The notes under the pieces: generated by a model | The model's input: only the letters and a program-made list of their open reading frames with translations | Told to the model about the DNA's origin: nothing | Databases searched by the model: none | Assembly (NCBI GenBank): GCA_951406725.2 | Contig: OX597829.1 | Coordinates: 41,602,001-41,666,000 of the forward strand | Reading direction: 5' to 3' | Length of the DNA stretch: 64,000 nt | Origin: Octopus vulgaris | Lineage: Eukaryota | Shown here: positions 12,893 to 25,496 of the stretch, piece after piece | Layout: each line of letters begins with the position of its first letter | How positions within the stretch are numbered: position 1 is the stretch's first letter | Translations under genes and position numbers: made by a program

Positions 12893-13803
12893 TTATGTTT
12901 GACTTTGCTTTACATTTGTATAAGTTGGCTCTAAGTCTCCCCCAGATACCTCAAGAGACAACAAGTTGGAAGTTCATGTTGGTGTTATGCCTAGGGTGCC
13001 ATATATTTGGTTTTGTACTTAGTGTTGTACTAGTAAATGTCTAAAAAACCATACGAAAATTATGTTTGTTTTAAAACTTGAGATTACATAGAAAGTATTT
13101 TGTGTAGGATATGAGCAGTTCCCATGAACACCATCTTCTGAATTTCTGCCATTTTGGGGTTTCCTGGTATCTGAGTTAGGTAGCAATCAGCCACTTTTGC
13201 TATCATTCCCAGGGCACCTGTGACAACAGGTATTGTTTTAGTCTTCAGGTTCCACATTTTGCTGATTTCTATTTCCAGATCTTTATACTTGATCAGTTTT
13301 TGGTAGGTCTTGACAGATACATTTATATCGATTGGGACAGTCATATCAATGAGGAGGCATGTTCTTTGTTTGAAGTTTTTCAATATGATGTCTGGCCTAT
13401 TTGCATCTATCTTTCTGTTAATTTGAATGGCGAAGTTCCAGAGGAGTGAGATGTGATCATTTTCAAGCACTGGAGGTGGTTTGTGTTCCTACCAGTTTTT
13501 ATCACGGGGCAAGTCCAGGCTTTTGCAAATTACCCAGTGAATATATTGTGCAGCTCTATCATGCCTGTTGAGATACTCTGTAGGCGCTAGAAGACTGCAC
13601 TTGGAGACAACATGATCAATGGTTTCATTTTGTTGTTGACATACACGACATGTTGGGAAGCTACCATTCTTTAATATGTTGGCCTGGTAGTTCCTTGTAG
13701 GTAGGCATTGATCTTGGGCTGCTATGATAAACCCTTCTGTTTCAGATTTTAAGCCAGAGGCCATTACCCATTGATGGGTAAGGGCTTTGTCAACATTGGC
13801 ATT
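12892..13803 (-). mobile_element. 5'-truncated R4/Dong-clade LINE (CCHC knuckle plus restriction-like endonuclease) inserted in (TAA)n
   Basis: ORFs 13489-13800 and 13084-13470 are in frame across one TAG. Motifs ETEGFIIAAQDQ, CRVC..ETIDHVVSKC, RHD, RPDI..LIDMTVP, KYKDL, PVVTGALG. (TTA)n on both flanks. Confidence 0.9.
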
Positions 13804-13829
13804 ATTCGCTATTATTATTGTAATTATTA

Positions 13830-13872
<43 letters not shown>

Positions 13873-14103
13873 CATCATCATCATCTTTAAGGTGACAAAC
13901 TGCAAGAATAATTAGCAAGTCAGTCAAAATGCTCAGCAACATTTGATCTGTCTTTACATTCTGAGTTCAAATTCCTCTAAGGTTGACTTTGCTTTCCATC
14001 CTTTCGGAGTCAATGAAATAAGAACCAGTTGAACACAGAGGTCAATGCAATCAACATACACCCTCACCAAAATTGCTGGCCTTGTGCCAAAATTTGAAAT
14101 CAT

Positions 14104-14430
14104 TCTTCTTCTTCTTCTTCTTCTTCTTCTTCTTCTTCTTCTTCTTCTTCTTCTTCTTCTTCTTCTTCTTCTTCTTCTTCTTCCTCTTGTTTTTCTTCTT
14201 CCTCTTGTTTTTCTTCTTCCTCTTGTTTTTCTGCTTCCTCTTGTTTTTCTTCTTCCTCTTTTCTTCTTCTTCTGCTTCTTCTTCTCCTCCTCCTCCTTTT
14301 CCTCCTCCTCCTCCTCCTCCTCCCACTCCTTCCCCTCTTCCCTCTCATTCTCTTCCTCCTCCCTCTCTTCCTTCTCCTTCTCTTTCCTCTCTTCCTCCTC
14401 CTCCTCCTCCTCCTTATTATTATTATTATC
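14104..14430. repeat. (CTT)n/(CCT)n pyrimidine microsatellite
   Basis: Directly visible. Confidence 0.95.
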
Positions 14431-15601
14431 AAATGAGAAAGCAGTGCATGCCATCAAAATAACACTGGGGTAAAATATATGAAGCCCAGTACACCCATCA
14501 TGACTATCCGTCTGATAAGGGTACACTAGGCACATGCATCACAATGATATGTGCATGATATGATGATTTCATATCAAGATAAATAGCGCATGACCTTGCA
14601 GGTGGGGGCCTGTTAGAATTTTCTTCTGGTAGAGTAGCCCATCCCGCTCAAAAAGTCCCTGAATAAGGAATGTTTAAGGATGATGAACGAACCATCCATA
14701 TTTCCAAGGGTGAACTATCCAAACCCCAAAGAATTCCTCTCAACACATGGCTATGATGCTTCCCCACTACTTCTACTCGTGATCAGAGATGGACATATCG
14801 TCAGCCACTAAAGGACATGCTCAACTGGTTGAGGTCAAACAAGTGACAAGCAAATCTGCTGTACTGAGCAGAATATTTGCTGTAGCCCATCTTTTATAGC
14901 AAGACAAAACAATGTACATGATAACACTTCCAATCAGTTAAGATCAGAAGCCATGAGAGCCACTGCCTGGTACTGCATCAGGGCATATTTATTATATAAT
15001 AATGATAATGATAATGATGATGATAATAATAATAATAATGATAATAATAATTGATGCAGTACCAGGCAGTAGCTCTCATGGCTTCTGATCTTAACTGATT
15101 GGAAGTGTTATCATGTACATTGTTTTGTCTTGGTATAAAAGATGGGCTACAGCAAATATTCTGCTCAATACCACAGATTTGCTTGTCAGTTGTTTGACCT
15201 TAACCAGTTGAGCATGTCCCTTAGTGGCTGATGATATGTGCATCTCTGATCATGAGCAGAAGTAGTGGGGGAGCATCATAGCCATGTGTTGAGAAGGATT
15301 CTTTGGGGTTTGAATAATTCACCTCTGGAAACATGGGTGTTTCGTTCAACGTCCTTAAACAACCCTTATTCAGGGACCTTTTGAGCGGGATGGGTTACTC
15401 GATCTGAAGAAAATTCTAACTGGGCTCCACCTGCAAGGTCATGTGCTGTTTATCTTGATATGAGATCACCATGTCGTGCACATATGGTTGTGATGCATGT
15501 GTCTGGTGTACCCTTATCAGACGGGTAGTCATGATGGGTATACTGGGCTTCGTATATTTTACCCCAGTGTCACTTTGATGGCATGCTCTGCTCGCTCACT
15601 C

Positions 15602-15602
<1 letters not shown>
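14431..15602. mobile_element. Two family D elements in inverted (tail-to-tail) orientation separated by (AAT/GAT)n
   Basis: 14431-14990 is the reverse complement of 15053-15602. (ATT)n and (AAT)n tracts lie at the outer ends. Confidence 0.85.
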
Positions 15603-15634
<32 letters not shown>

Positions 15635-15672
15635 TACCTTTCTAATTTATTATTTCTAATTTATTATTATTA

Positions 15673-15733
<61 letters not shown>

Positions 15734-16184
15734 GAAGATGCCACTTGACAGAACTGTTACAACTTTATGGCATTTCTTCCAAATTTTTACGTTCCAAGTT
15801 CTAATTTTGTCAAGGTTGACTTTGTCTTTTATCATTTTGAGATCAATAAATCAGAGTACTACCTGCTCAGTGGGCTTCTCCTACTCTCTAAATTGCTAGC
15901 CTTCTATCAAAAATGAGAAAGAACTGTTGCTTTTGTTGCTTGAAGCTGAATGCGTTGTTCCCCCCTGTGTAAAGATTACACACCAAACAGACCACCACAT
16001 TAGTTAAATGGCAGTTGACAGGAACAACCATCGGCAGCTGGCAGTGAGGTACTCTGGAGATGAAAGTTAAAACTAAGTCAATAGCACTTAAGCAAGGATC
16101 TATTAATAGAAAAGGGGTGGGTGGGTGGATGGATTAGAGTAAATTAGAATAAATTAGAAAGGTAATTAGGAAAGACATTGCAAA

Positions 16185-16640
16185 CAAGGTGGTGGTGGTG
16201 ATGTTTGGTGGTGTTTGGTGGTTGTGGTGGCGGTAGCGGCGGCGGCAGCAGCAGCGGTGGCATGGTGGTGGTGTTTGGTGGTGGTGGCAGTAGTGATGGT
16301 GGTGATGGTGGTGGTGCTGTTTGGTGATGTTTGGTGGTGGTGGTGGTGGTGGTGGTGGTGGTGGCGGTGGTGGTGGTGGTGGTGGTGGTGGTGGTGGTGG
16401 CGGTGGTGGTGGTGTTTGATGGTGGTGGTGGTGGTGTTTGCTGGTGGTGGCAGTAGTGATGGTGGTGGCGGAAGCGGCGGCAGCAGCAGCAGTGGTGGTG
16501 GTGGTGTTTGATGGTGGCGGTGGTGGTGGTGTTTGATGGTGGCGGTGGTGGTGGTGTTTGGTGATGGTGGTGGTGGTGGTGGTGGTAGTGGTGATGGTGT
16601 TTAGTGGTGGTGGTGACAGGTATGATGATGATGATGGTAT
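16185..16640. repeat. (GGT)n-rich microsatellite
   Basis: Directly visible. Confidence 0.95.
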
Positions 16641-17280
16641 ATATGTCCGTGGTATACTCAGCCACCAATAAACCAATGAGTAGATAGTTCACTTGACACA
16701 GCAACTGAAAACTTATTATCTAAACAAAAAGATATGCATTATTATTGCAATTTTTTAAAATTGTATTATCATCAGGTTGATAATGCGTTATCCATTATTT
16801 TACCTGTATCTTTTATCTTTTATATTCTGCCTTTTACTTGCTTCAGTCACTCTGTGGCCATGCTGGGGCATTGCCTTGAAGAATTTTAGCTGACCGAATT
16901 GACTCCAGTACTTTTTTTTTGGGTGGGGGGTTGAAGTCTGGTATTTATTCTATTCTACTCATTTACTGGACCACTAGGTTACAGAGATGTAACCAAACCA
17001 ACACCAGGTGTCAAGTGGTGGGTGATAAACACAGACACAAAAACACATACGTACACACACACACACACATGCACACATACACACACACACATATGATAGG
17101 CTTTTACACAGCTTCTGTCTACCAAGTCCACTCACAAGAAACTGGTTGGCCAGGTGCAACACAATGGGACTGAACCTATAACCATGTAGTTGCTAAACAA
17201 GCTACTTAATCACATAGCTATGCCTGTGAATACATACTTGAAAACTCCAAAAGTACTTCAAGTTGAAATATTCTAAAATC

Positions 17281-17600
17281 ATCATCATCATTATCATCAT
17301 CATTTAACGTCCGCTTTCCATGCTTGCATGGGTTGGACGGTTTGACTGTAGGCTGGCAAACCAGATGGCTGCACCAGGTTCCAGTCTTGATCTGACAGAG
17401 TTTCTACAGCTGGATGCCCTTCCTAACGCCAACCACTCCGAGAGTGTAGTGGGTGCTTTTACATGCCACCGGCACGGGCGCCAGTCGCGGTACTGGCAAT
17501 GACCTCGTTCGAATCTTTTTACACATGCCACCGGCACAGGTGCCAGTAAGGCGATGCTGGTAATGATCACTCTCGAATGGTGCCTCCTACATGCCACCAG
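17281..17600 (-). mobile_element. RTE 3'-tail copy (truncated LINE or tail-sharing SINE); similar copies at ~19628-20160, 20160-20365 (+), 22025-22670 (+), 23455-23960, 26812-27555, 46101-46490, 49812-50135 (+), 51143-51480, 57750-58113 (+) and 58374-58435
   Basis: Same sequence as the 3' UTR of the RTE LINE at 52638-52875 (ggcgttaggaagggcatccagc..ggacgttaaacgatgatgat), ending in (GAT)n. Confidence 0.85.
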
Positions 17601-17812
17601 CATGATTTTCTTGGATGATAGAATTTATTTGTCACACAATGTAGCATCACTACCTGGTCCTTTGATGTCTAAAGTGTTTAATCAGTTTCAGATATTTATA
17701 CCAGCTCATCATTCAAAGGGATACGTTCCTCCTGCCAATCATGGAGACCCTAAAAAGGGTCTTTCTCTTTAAGCTACAAACAAACAAAAGAGTGGGGATG
17801 AGATTTGTTTAA

Positions 17813-18438
17813 CCCTTTAGCATTCAGATTACTCTGTCAAAAGTTAAGCCTGTTTAATTACATTGTTTTAAATTAATTGGACAGCATCTTGTAACTCTGA
17901 GATTTTGATGATGTCTCTCTTTCTCTCTTTTTACTTGTTTCAGTCATTTTGACTGCGGCCATGCTGGAGCACCGCCTTTAATCGAGCAAATTGACCCTGG
18001 GACTTATTCTTTGTAAGCCCAGTACTTATTCTATCGGTCTCTTTTGCCGAACCGCTAAGTGACGGGGACATAAACACACCAGCATCGGTTGTCAAGCAAT
18101 GCTAGGGGGACAAACACAGACACACAAACATACATGCACATACATATATATACATATATACGACGGGCTTCTTTCAGTTTCCGTCTCCCAAATCCACTCA
18201 CAAGGCTTTGGTCGGCTCGAGGCTATAGTAGAAGACACTTGCCCAAGGTGCCACGCAGTGGGACTGAACCCGGAACCATGTGGTTGGTAAACAAGCTACT
18301 TACCACACAGCCACTCCTGTCCCTGTTTATTTTTAGAATGACTTTGTAGGGTAGGTGTGAGAAGTCAGAGCTGGCTGGTTTGAGCATAAAACAGGAAGAC
18401 AATTTTGGCCTGATATGGCCAGTTTAAACACTAAAGGG
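17813..18438. mobile_element. piggyBac-type MITE with TTAA TSD, carrying a nested SINE A (17916-18319, -); uninterrupted relative at 46601-46822
   Basis: TTAA|ccctttagcatt ... aacactaaaggg|TTAA. The second copy is inverted: TTAA|tcccttagca ... aatgctaaagga|TTAA. Confidence 0.75.
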
Positions 18439-18664
18439 TTAAGAAAGTAATAATGGGTGCTGAGTCAAATTTAGAGAAGATTTATTAAATCAATAATGTC
18501 TTCAAGTATATTTGTGTGAAGATGGTTTTGGATGTTCTACATCAAAGTGCTTTATTGATTCAGAAATGTAGATTGTAGGAATTGTAGATATTCTTCTAGT
18601 AATGGTCTGTTCATGTTTGGTAAAAGTTGTTGTATCCTCTGCTTGTTCCTGTTTTGACTATTTT

Positions 18665-19175
18665 CATCATCATCCTCACCACCACCACCACCACTACCAT
18701 TACCACCACAACCACACCACCACCACCACCACTAACACCATCACCATCATCCTCACCACCACCACCACCACCACCACTACCACCATCACAATCACCACCA
18801 CTACCACCATCACAACCACCACCACTAACACTATCACCATCATCCTCACCACCACCACCACCACCACCACTACCATTACCACCACAACCACACCACCACC
18901 ACCACCACCACTAACACCATCACCATCATCCTCACCCCCACCACCACTACCATTACCACCACCACCACACACACCACCACCACCACCATCACCATCATCC
19001 TCACCACCACCACCACCATCACCACTACCACCCAAACCACCACCACCGCCACCACCATCACTTCCCCCTCCTCATCATCATCTTCCTCCTCATCTTCCTG
19101 CTCCTCATCTTCCTCCTCCTCATCTTCCTCCTCAACCACCACCACCACCACCATCATCATCATCCCTATCATCAT
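18665..19175. repeat. (CAC/CAT/CCT)n microsatellite
   Basis: Directly visible. Confidence 0.95.
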
Positions 19176-20479
19176 TAGGAGAAGGAGATGAGGACCAATG
19201 TCATCCTATTACTTACTTCAGGCCTTTGCTCCCCATGGAGCATTGGAGCATAGGCCATTGATGACTTTTATCACTGTTTTTTGACCCTCCAGTTCTATGT
19301 TTTTTTTTTTCAACTCTCTCACTAATCCACTACCAACCATTTTTAGGATGCCCCCTCTTCCACTTCCCTTGTATATTACTGGAGCCTAATGATAATTCAG
19401 GATGTTAGTTTCCTTTCAATTTTTGCAACTTCATGTCACATGTTTCCCTGAGGGAAAACCTTCCTTTCACATGCTTTACTGGTTTTGAATTTGCCATACT
19501 TGAGATGTGTTAGGTAAATAAAATCATAGTCATCCATGACCTTTACAGGGGCCGGTGCCATGTAAAATGCACTTCTGCTGGTGCTGCACCAATGCACCTA
19601 TGCCAGTGACATGTAAAAAGCACCCAACATCATCATCATCATCGTTTAACGTCCGTTCTCCATGCTAGCATGGGTTGGATGGTTTGACCGGGGTCTGGGA
19701 AGCCAGGAGGCTGCACGAGGCTCCAGTCTGATCTGGCAGTGTTTCTACAGCTGGATGCCCTTCCTAACGCCAACCACTCCGTGAGTGTAGTGGGTGCTTT
19801 TTACGTGCCAGGTGAGGCTGGCAACGGCCACGATCGGTTAGTGCTTTTTATGTGCCACCAGCATGGAAGCTAGTCATGGCGGCACTGGCATTGGCCATGT
19901 TCGGATGGTGCTTTTTACGTGCCAACGGCACAGGGATCACAACTACAATTTCCATTGATTTTTGATGTTGATGTACTTGACTCAATAGGTCTCCTCAAGC
20001 ACAGGGTCGAAACGGAGTTTCTTTACTTGCCACCTGCACAGGAGTCAGTGCAGCAGCACTGGCAACTGCCGGGTGCCAGTCATAGGATTGGTTTTCAATT
20101 TCGATTCCAATTTCACTTGCCCCAACAGGTCTTTGCAAGCAGAGTTTAGTGTCCAATGAAGGGAGGTTGGCATGGGTGCCAGTTGTCGGATGTGCCAACC
20201 TCCCTTCCAATGACACCAACATGCTTTGTAAAGTGGTTGTCATTAGGAAAGGCATCCAGCCATAGAAACCATGCCACAACAGACAATTGGAGTCTGGATG
20301 GCTTCCCGGCTGGCCAGCTCATGTCAAACCAGCATGGAAAATGGATGTTAAGTGATGATGATGAATTATCATCAATGCTTCTATAACTTTACTTTTTTCT
20401 AGATAGGGGTCTTGGCCTACTCAAACACATTTTTACCTCTGGGAAGACGTAGAGCCATATTAGCCTGTACAGTATATGG

Positions 20480-20897
20480 GACCCTACTAATTCTACTATA
20501 TGGCTCAGAAACCTGGACGATATCAAAGAAGCTTGAGAGGTGGTTGGATGGAACTTACACTCACCTCCTTATGAGAGCTCAAAATCTCTCGTGGAAGCGT
20601 CATCCAACCAAAGTACAAATATATGGGAAATTACCACCTGTATCATCTCTTGTGAAAGGTAGGAGAGTCCAGTTTGCTGGACATTGTTGTAGAGCTGAAA
20701 ACGAGGTAATTTCTACTCTTCTACTCTGGAAGCCATCTGCTTGCGATACCAGAGGGCGCACACTCTCCTACCCTGATGTAATCTCCAGGGATACAGGCAT
20801 CCAGCAACAGGACCTCCATAATGCTCTGATGAACCGTGAGGTCTGGCGTAACATAGTCAATTCCATTGTCTCGACCACGGTCAAACGATGATGATGA
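20480..20897 (+). mobile_element. 3' end of a second RTE-clade LINE subfamily
   Basis: LLYGSETWT..LDGTYTHLL..SWKRHPT..RRVQFAGHCCR..RGRTLSY followed by a (GAT)n tail. Confidence 0.75.
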
Positions 20898-22993
20898 GGA
20901 GCTTCCACTGTGCTGGCAGAACTCTCATGATCATTGAAGCATGCAAACCCATCATGAGGGATCAATAGAGAATAGAATTCCAGTCTTCCTTGAAAGAATT
21001 TGGAACAAATCTTCAGTCTGTGTGTAACTTTCTTTCTCTGAACATTAGTCTTGAAGGCTCTGACAATAGGGTCATGCTATTACAGACCTGATTAAGCCAT
21101 TAAAAATATAGAAGGAAATAAAAAAAAGAGATTCATTTGTAAAAAAAAACAAAATGAAAGAACTCTATTTTGTTTCAATATTTCAGTTGAAATGAAGGCA
21201 TTGGGCTGGCAGAAACGTTAGCACACCAGGCGAAATGCTTTGTGGTATTTCGTCTGGTGTTACGTTCTGAGTTCAAATTCCGCCGAGGTCGACTTTGCCT
21301 TTCATCCTTTTGGGGCCGATAAATTAAGTACCAGTTACGCACTGTGGTCAATATAATCGACTTAATCCATTTGTCTGTCCTTGTTTGTCCCTTCGATGTT
21401 TAGCCCCTTGTGGGTAGTAAAGAAATAGGTATTTCATCTGCCGCTACGTTCTGAGTTCAAATTCCTCCGAGGTCAACTTTGACTTTCATCCTTTTGGGGT
21501 CAATAAATTAAGTACCAGTTGTGTACTGGAGTCAATCTAATCGATCGGCCTCCTCACCGAAAATTTCGGGCCTTGTACCTAGAGTAGAAAAGAATATTTC
21601 ATTTGAAATACATTGTATTTGCTTTGATAATAATGAAAAATTTATTAAAATGACATTGTCATTATTAAACCTTTTGAGACACACAGTGTTTTGGTATGTG
21701 CAACCAAAATTACCAAAGTTTTTTTATTTTTTTCTGTTGAGATTGAAATTGATGGGTGTATGTAGAAAACAAAGGATAAAGTGCCTAAAGCTATTTTATC
21801 AGTATGTAAAACTATATATTCTTTTATTCTTTTATTTGTTTCAGTCGTTTGACTGTGGCCATACTGGAGCACCAGGACTTATTCTTTGTAAGCCTAGTAC
21901 TTATTCTATCAGTCTTTCTTGCCGAACAGCTGAGTGACGGGGACATAAACACACCAGCATCGGTTGTCAAGCAATGTTGGTGGGACAGACACACAAACAC
22001 ACACACACACACACATATATATATGAGGTAGACCCTAGGAAGACATGGGAGGAGGTGGTCAAGCATGACTTTCGAATGTTGGGCCTCACAGATGCAATGA
22101 CGAAAGAACGAGATCTTTGGAGGTATGCTTTGACTGTGAAGACCCGACAAATAACGTGAGTTTGTGACTGTTTCCTGCACTAGTTTCACATAGCAGCCCC
22201 AGCCCATCCAAAGTACCTTGGATCACAGAACGGCCTGCTGTGCTTACCTTTGATTGTAGGGCGACCTGCTGTGCTTGAGGAGACTTATTGAGTCAAGTAC
22301 ATCAACATCAAAATAAATATCAAATGGAAATTTTAGTTGTGATACCTGTGCTGGTGGCACATAAAACGCACCATCTGAACATGGCTGATGCTAGTGCCGC
22401 CTTGACTGGCTTCCGTGCTGGTGGCATGTAAAAAGCACCAACTGATCGTGGCCGCTGCCAGCCTCCCCTGGCACCTGTGCCGGTAGCATGTAAAAAGTAC
22501 CCACTACACTCACGGAGTGGTTGGTGTTAGGAAGGGCATCAAGCTGTAGAAATACAGCCAGATCAGACTGGAGCCTGGTGCAGCCTCCTGTCTTCCCAGA
22601 CCCCAGTTGAACTGTCCAACCCATGCTAACATGGAAAACAGACGTTTACCGATGATGATGATGATGATGATATATATATATACGACAAGCTTCTTTCAGT
22701 TTCCGTCTACCAAATCCACTCACAAGGCTTTGGTCAGCCCGAGGCTATAGTAGAAGACACTTGCCCAAGGTTCCACACGGTGGGACAGAACCCGGAACCA
22801 TGTGGCTGGTAAGCAAGCTACTTACCACACAGCCAATCATTCTATAGTTTTATATGATATCTACTGAAAGACGATCTCTGATTTTGGCTATTACACTTCA
22901 AACCGTTTGTCCCATCAGTCCAATGGTTTATGGCCCCATAGTCTTTTCAGCTTGTATCACTTAAGCTGATCAATCAGCCCAAAAGGGTTACAC

Positions 22994-23196
22994 CAGTGAT
23001 TCCCAAGGTGGGGCGTACGCCCCACTGGTGGGGCCTGAGAAAATTCAGGTGGGGCGCGGGGCATAGACGTGGGCTGTGAAAATATTTGTACAGCCCACAT
23101 GTACTTGTAAATGTGAGTGGACATGGGAAAAGGTGGGGCGTAAAAACTTTTGCTATGAAAAAGTGGGGCGCCGGGAAAAAAGGTTGGGAAACACTG
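22994..23196. mobile_element. hAT-family MITE (203 bp) with 8-bp TSD
   Basis: TSD ggttacac at 22986-22993 and 23197-23204. TIRs cagtgattcccaa / ttgggaaacactg. Confidence 0.9.
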
Positions 23197-23227
23197 GGTT
23201 ACACTGATGTTTGAAACTTAAATCAAT

Positions 23228-24568
23228 ACTCTCTTTTACTCTTTTATTTGTTTCAGTCATTTGACTGCGGCCATGCTGGAGCACTGCCTTTAGTTGAGCA
23301 AATCGATTCCAGAGCTTATTCTTTGTAAGCTTAGTACTTATTCTTTCAGTCTTCTTTGCCGAACCCCTAAGTTACGGAGACATAAATATACCAGCATCGG
23401 TTGTCAAGCAATGTTGGGGGGACAAACACAGACACACAAACATATGCACACACATACATCATCATCATCATCATCATCATTTAACGTCCGCTTTCCATGC
23501 TAGCATGGGTTGGACGGTTCAACTGAGGTCTGGGAAGCCAGGAGGCTGCGCCAGGCCCAGTCTGATCTGGCAGTGTTTTTACAGCTGAATGCCCTTCCTA
23601 ACACCAACCACTCCGTGAGTGTAGTGGGGGCTTTTTATGTGCCATCGACACAGATGCCAGACGAGGCTGGCAAACGGCCACGCTCAGATGGTGCTTTTTA
23701 CGTGCCACCAGCACGGAGGCCAGGCAAGGCTGGCAACGGCCACGATTGGATGGTGTTTGTTACGTGCCACCAGCACAGAGGACAGTCGATGCGGTGCTGG
23801 CTACGGCCACATTTGGATGGTTCTCTTATGTGCCACCGGCACTGGTACCACAACTACAAATTCCATTGATGTTGATCAATTTTGATTTGATTTTTGATTT
23901 TCACTTGCCTCAACAGGTCTTCACAAGTAGAGTTATGTGTCCCAAGAAGGAAGGTATGCACAGGTGGCACGTAACAAACACCATCCAATCGTGGCCGTTG
24001 CCAGCCTCGCCTGGCCTCCGTGCCAGTGGCACGTAAAAAGCACCATCAGAGGGTGCCCGTTTGCCAGCCTCGTCTGGCACCTGTGTCGGTGGCACATAAA
24101 AAGCTCCCACTACACTCTCAGAGTGGTTGTTGTTAGGAAGGGCATCCAGCTGTAGAAACTCTGCCAGATCAGACTGGCCTGGTGCAGCCTTCACTGTACT
24201 CGTTGCCAACCCTCACCTTACTAACAGCGTCCCTGTACAAGACTCGCACAGCTCTCACTAACCATTCATCTATCCCTAGTTTCCTCATTGACCACCGGAT
24301 AAGGGATCGGGGGACCCTGTCAAAGGCTTTCTCCAAGTCAATGAAAGCCAGGTACAGAGTTTTATCTTTGGCTAGGTATTTCTCCTGCAGCTGTCTCACC
24401 AGATATATATACATATATATGACGGGCTTCTTTCTGTTTCCGTCTTCCAAATCCACTCACAAGGCTTTGGTCGGTCCGAGGCTATAGTAGAAGACACTTG
24501 CTCGAGGTGCCACGCAGCGGGACTGAACCCGGAACCATGTAGTTCGTAAGCAAGCCACTCCTATGCCT
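23228..24568 (-). mobile_element. SINE A split by a rearranged RTE insertion (tail, inverted tail, internal RT piece 24190-24401)
   Basis: SINE halves at 23228-23455 and 24402-24568. The RT fragment LVRQLQEKYLAKDK..DLEKAFDRVPR matches ORF 52876-55116. Confidence 0.8.
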
Positions 24569-24880
24569 AAAATGTGAAATTTTATTGAAAGTTTTAATTT
24601 AGATCATGTCAACTCTTTTGTGACCATATTTCTGTTGAAATAGAACTGGGTTGCTTTCAAATAGTTTTGAGAATAATGAAGAATTTAGTAGGTGTTTGGA
24701 ACATATCGATATGAAGTTTTGACAAAAGGTTTCTAAATTAGATCACTTCAAACAGAAAATTTGTATGATGGAACCTGAGAAAGTCTCAGGAAGGTTAGTA
24801 TCAAAAACGTTAAAAATTAGAAGCATGAATCCAATCAATGAATAAGAATTATTTTACCAATTATTTTTCCTTCTTCTTAG

Positions 24881-25080
24881 TGGTTCACAGTGAAATCTAT
24901 GGTTATGGATTCCGCCCATATGAATACATGCCACCAAATTTAGAAAGAGAGCCAAAAGGAAGGAGACAAGAATTAAATTACGGAATGTATAGTCTTCGCA
25001 GCTTTATTCTTCCAAAATTGCTTATTATAATTACCAGAATTATCCATCTGCTGGGAGCCAGCAATATTCATCCATTCCTT
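24881..25080 (+). CDS. Internal exon of a PIG-B/ALG9-like (GT22) mannosyltransferase gene
   Basis: Acceptor ttcttcttag|, donor |gtaagt. Peptide (V)VHSEIYGYGFRPYEY...SLRSFILP resembles the GT22 segment E(V/P)xH..YGYG..(W/Y)E(W/Y)...LRS..P. The phase-0 end matches the exon at 39361. Confidence 0.8.
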
Positions 25081-25409
25081 GTAAGTAAATATATATATAT
25101 ATATATATAATTTTTATTGTTTTGCATTACAATTTCTTTTTCTAGAAATTAGATTACTGTGACCTATTTATTAAAAACCATGAATTTTGTGCATTTGGTA
25201 TATTTCATATAATTTGTTTTCCACAGTATTTTCTGATAATTAATAAAATATATTATATATAAATATAAAAGCCTTCCTAATCAATATTCATTATGCAGGT
25301 TATTTAATTATCTTCCTTGAGTTATTTTAACTTCATATATATGTATTGCTGATTGTGCAGTGTATAGAATATATATTTTCAATACTGTAATTGAAGCATG
25401 AATACTTTA

Positions 25410-25410
25410 A

Positions 25411-25496
<86 letters not shown>

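Noticed and set aside
17653-17773. Possible minus-strand exon (tttgtttgtag acceptor, cag|gtagtg donor)
   Set aside because: Stops in all three frames and no support for a non-coding exon.
13954-19261. Poly-E/K/R, poly-P/H/T and poly-G ORFs
   Set aside because: Microsatellite translations.
20900-21090. Possible minus-strand exon after ttaatcag
   Set aside because: The frame closes after about 24 codons, with no recognisable protein.
3200-24880. Search for the upstream GT22 exon encoding PDE..Q..E
   Set aside because: No matching peptide with a phase-1 donor was found by eye. It probably lies upstream of the window.
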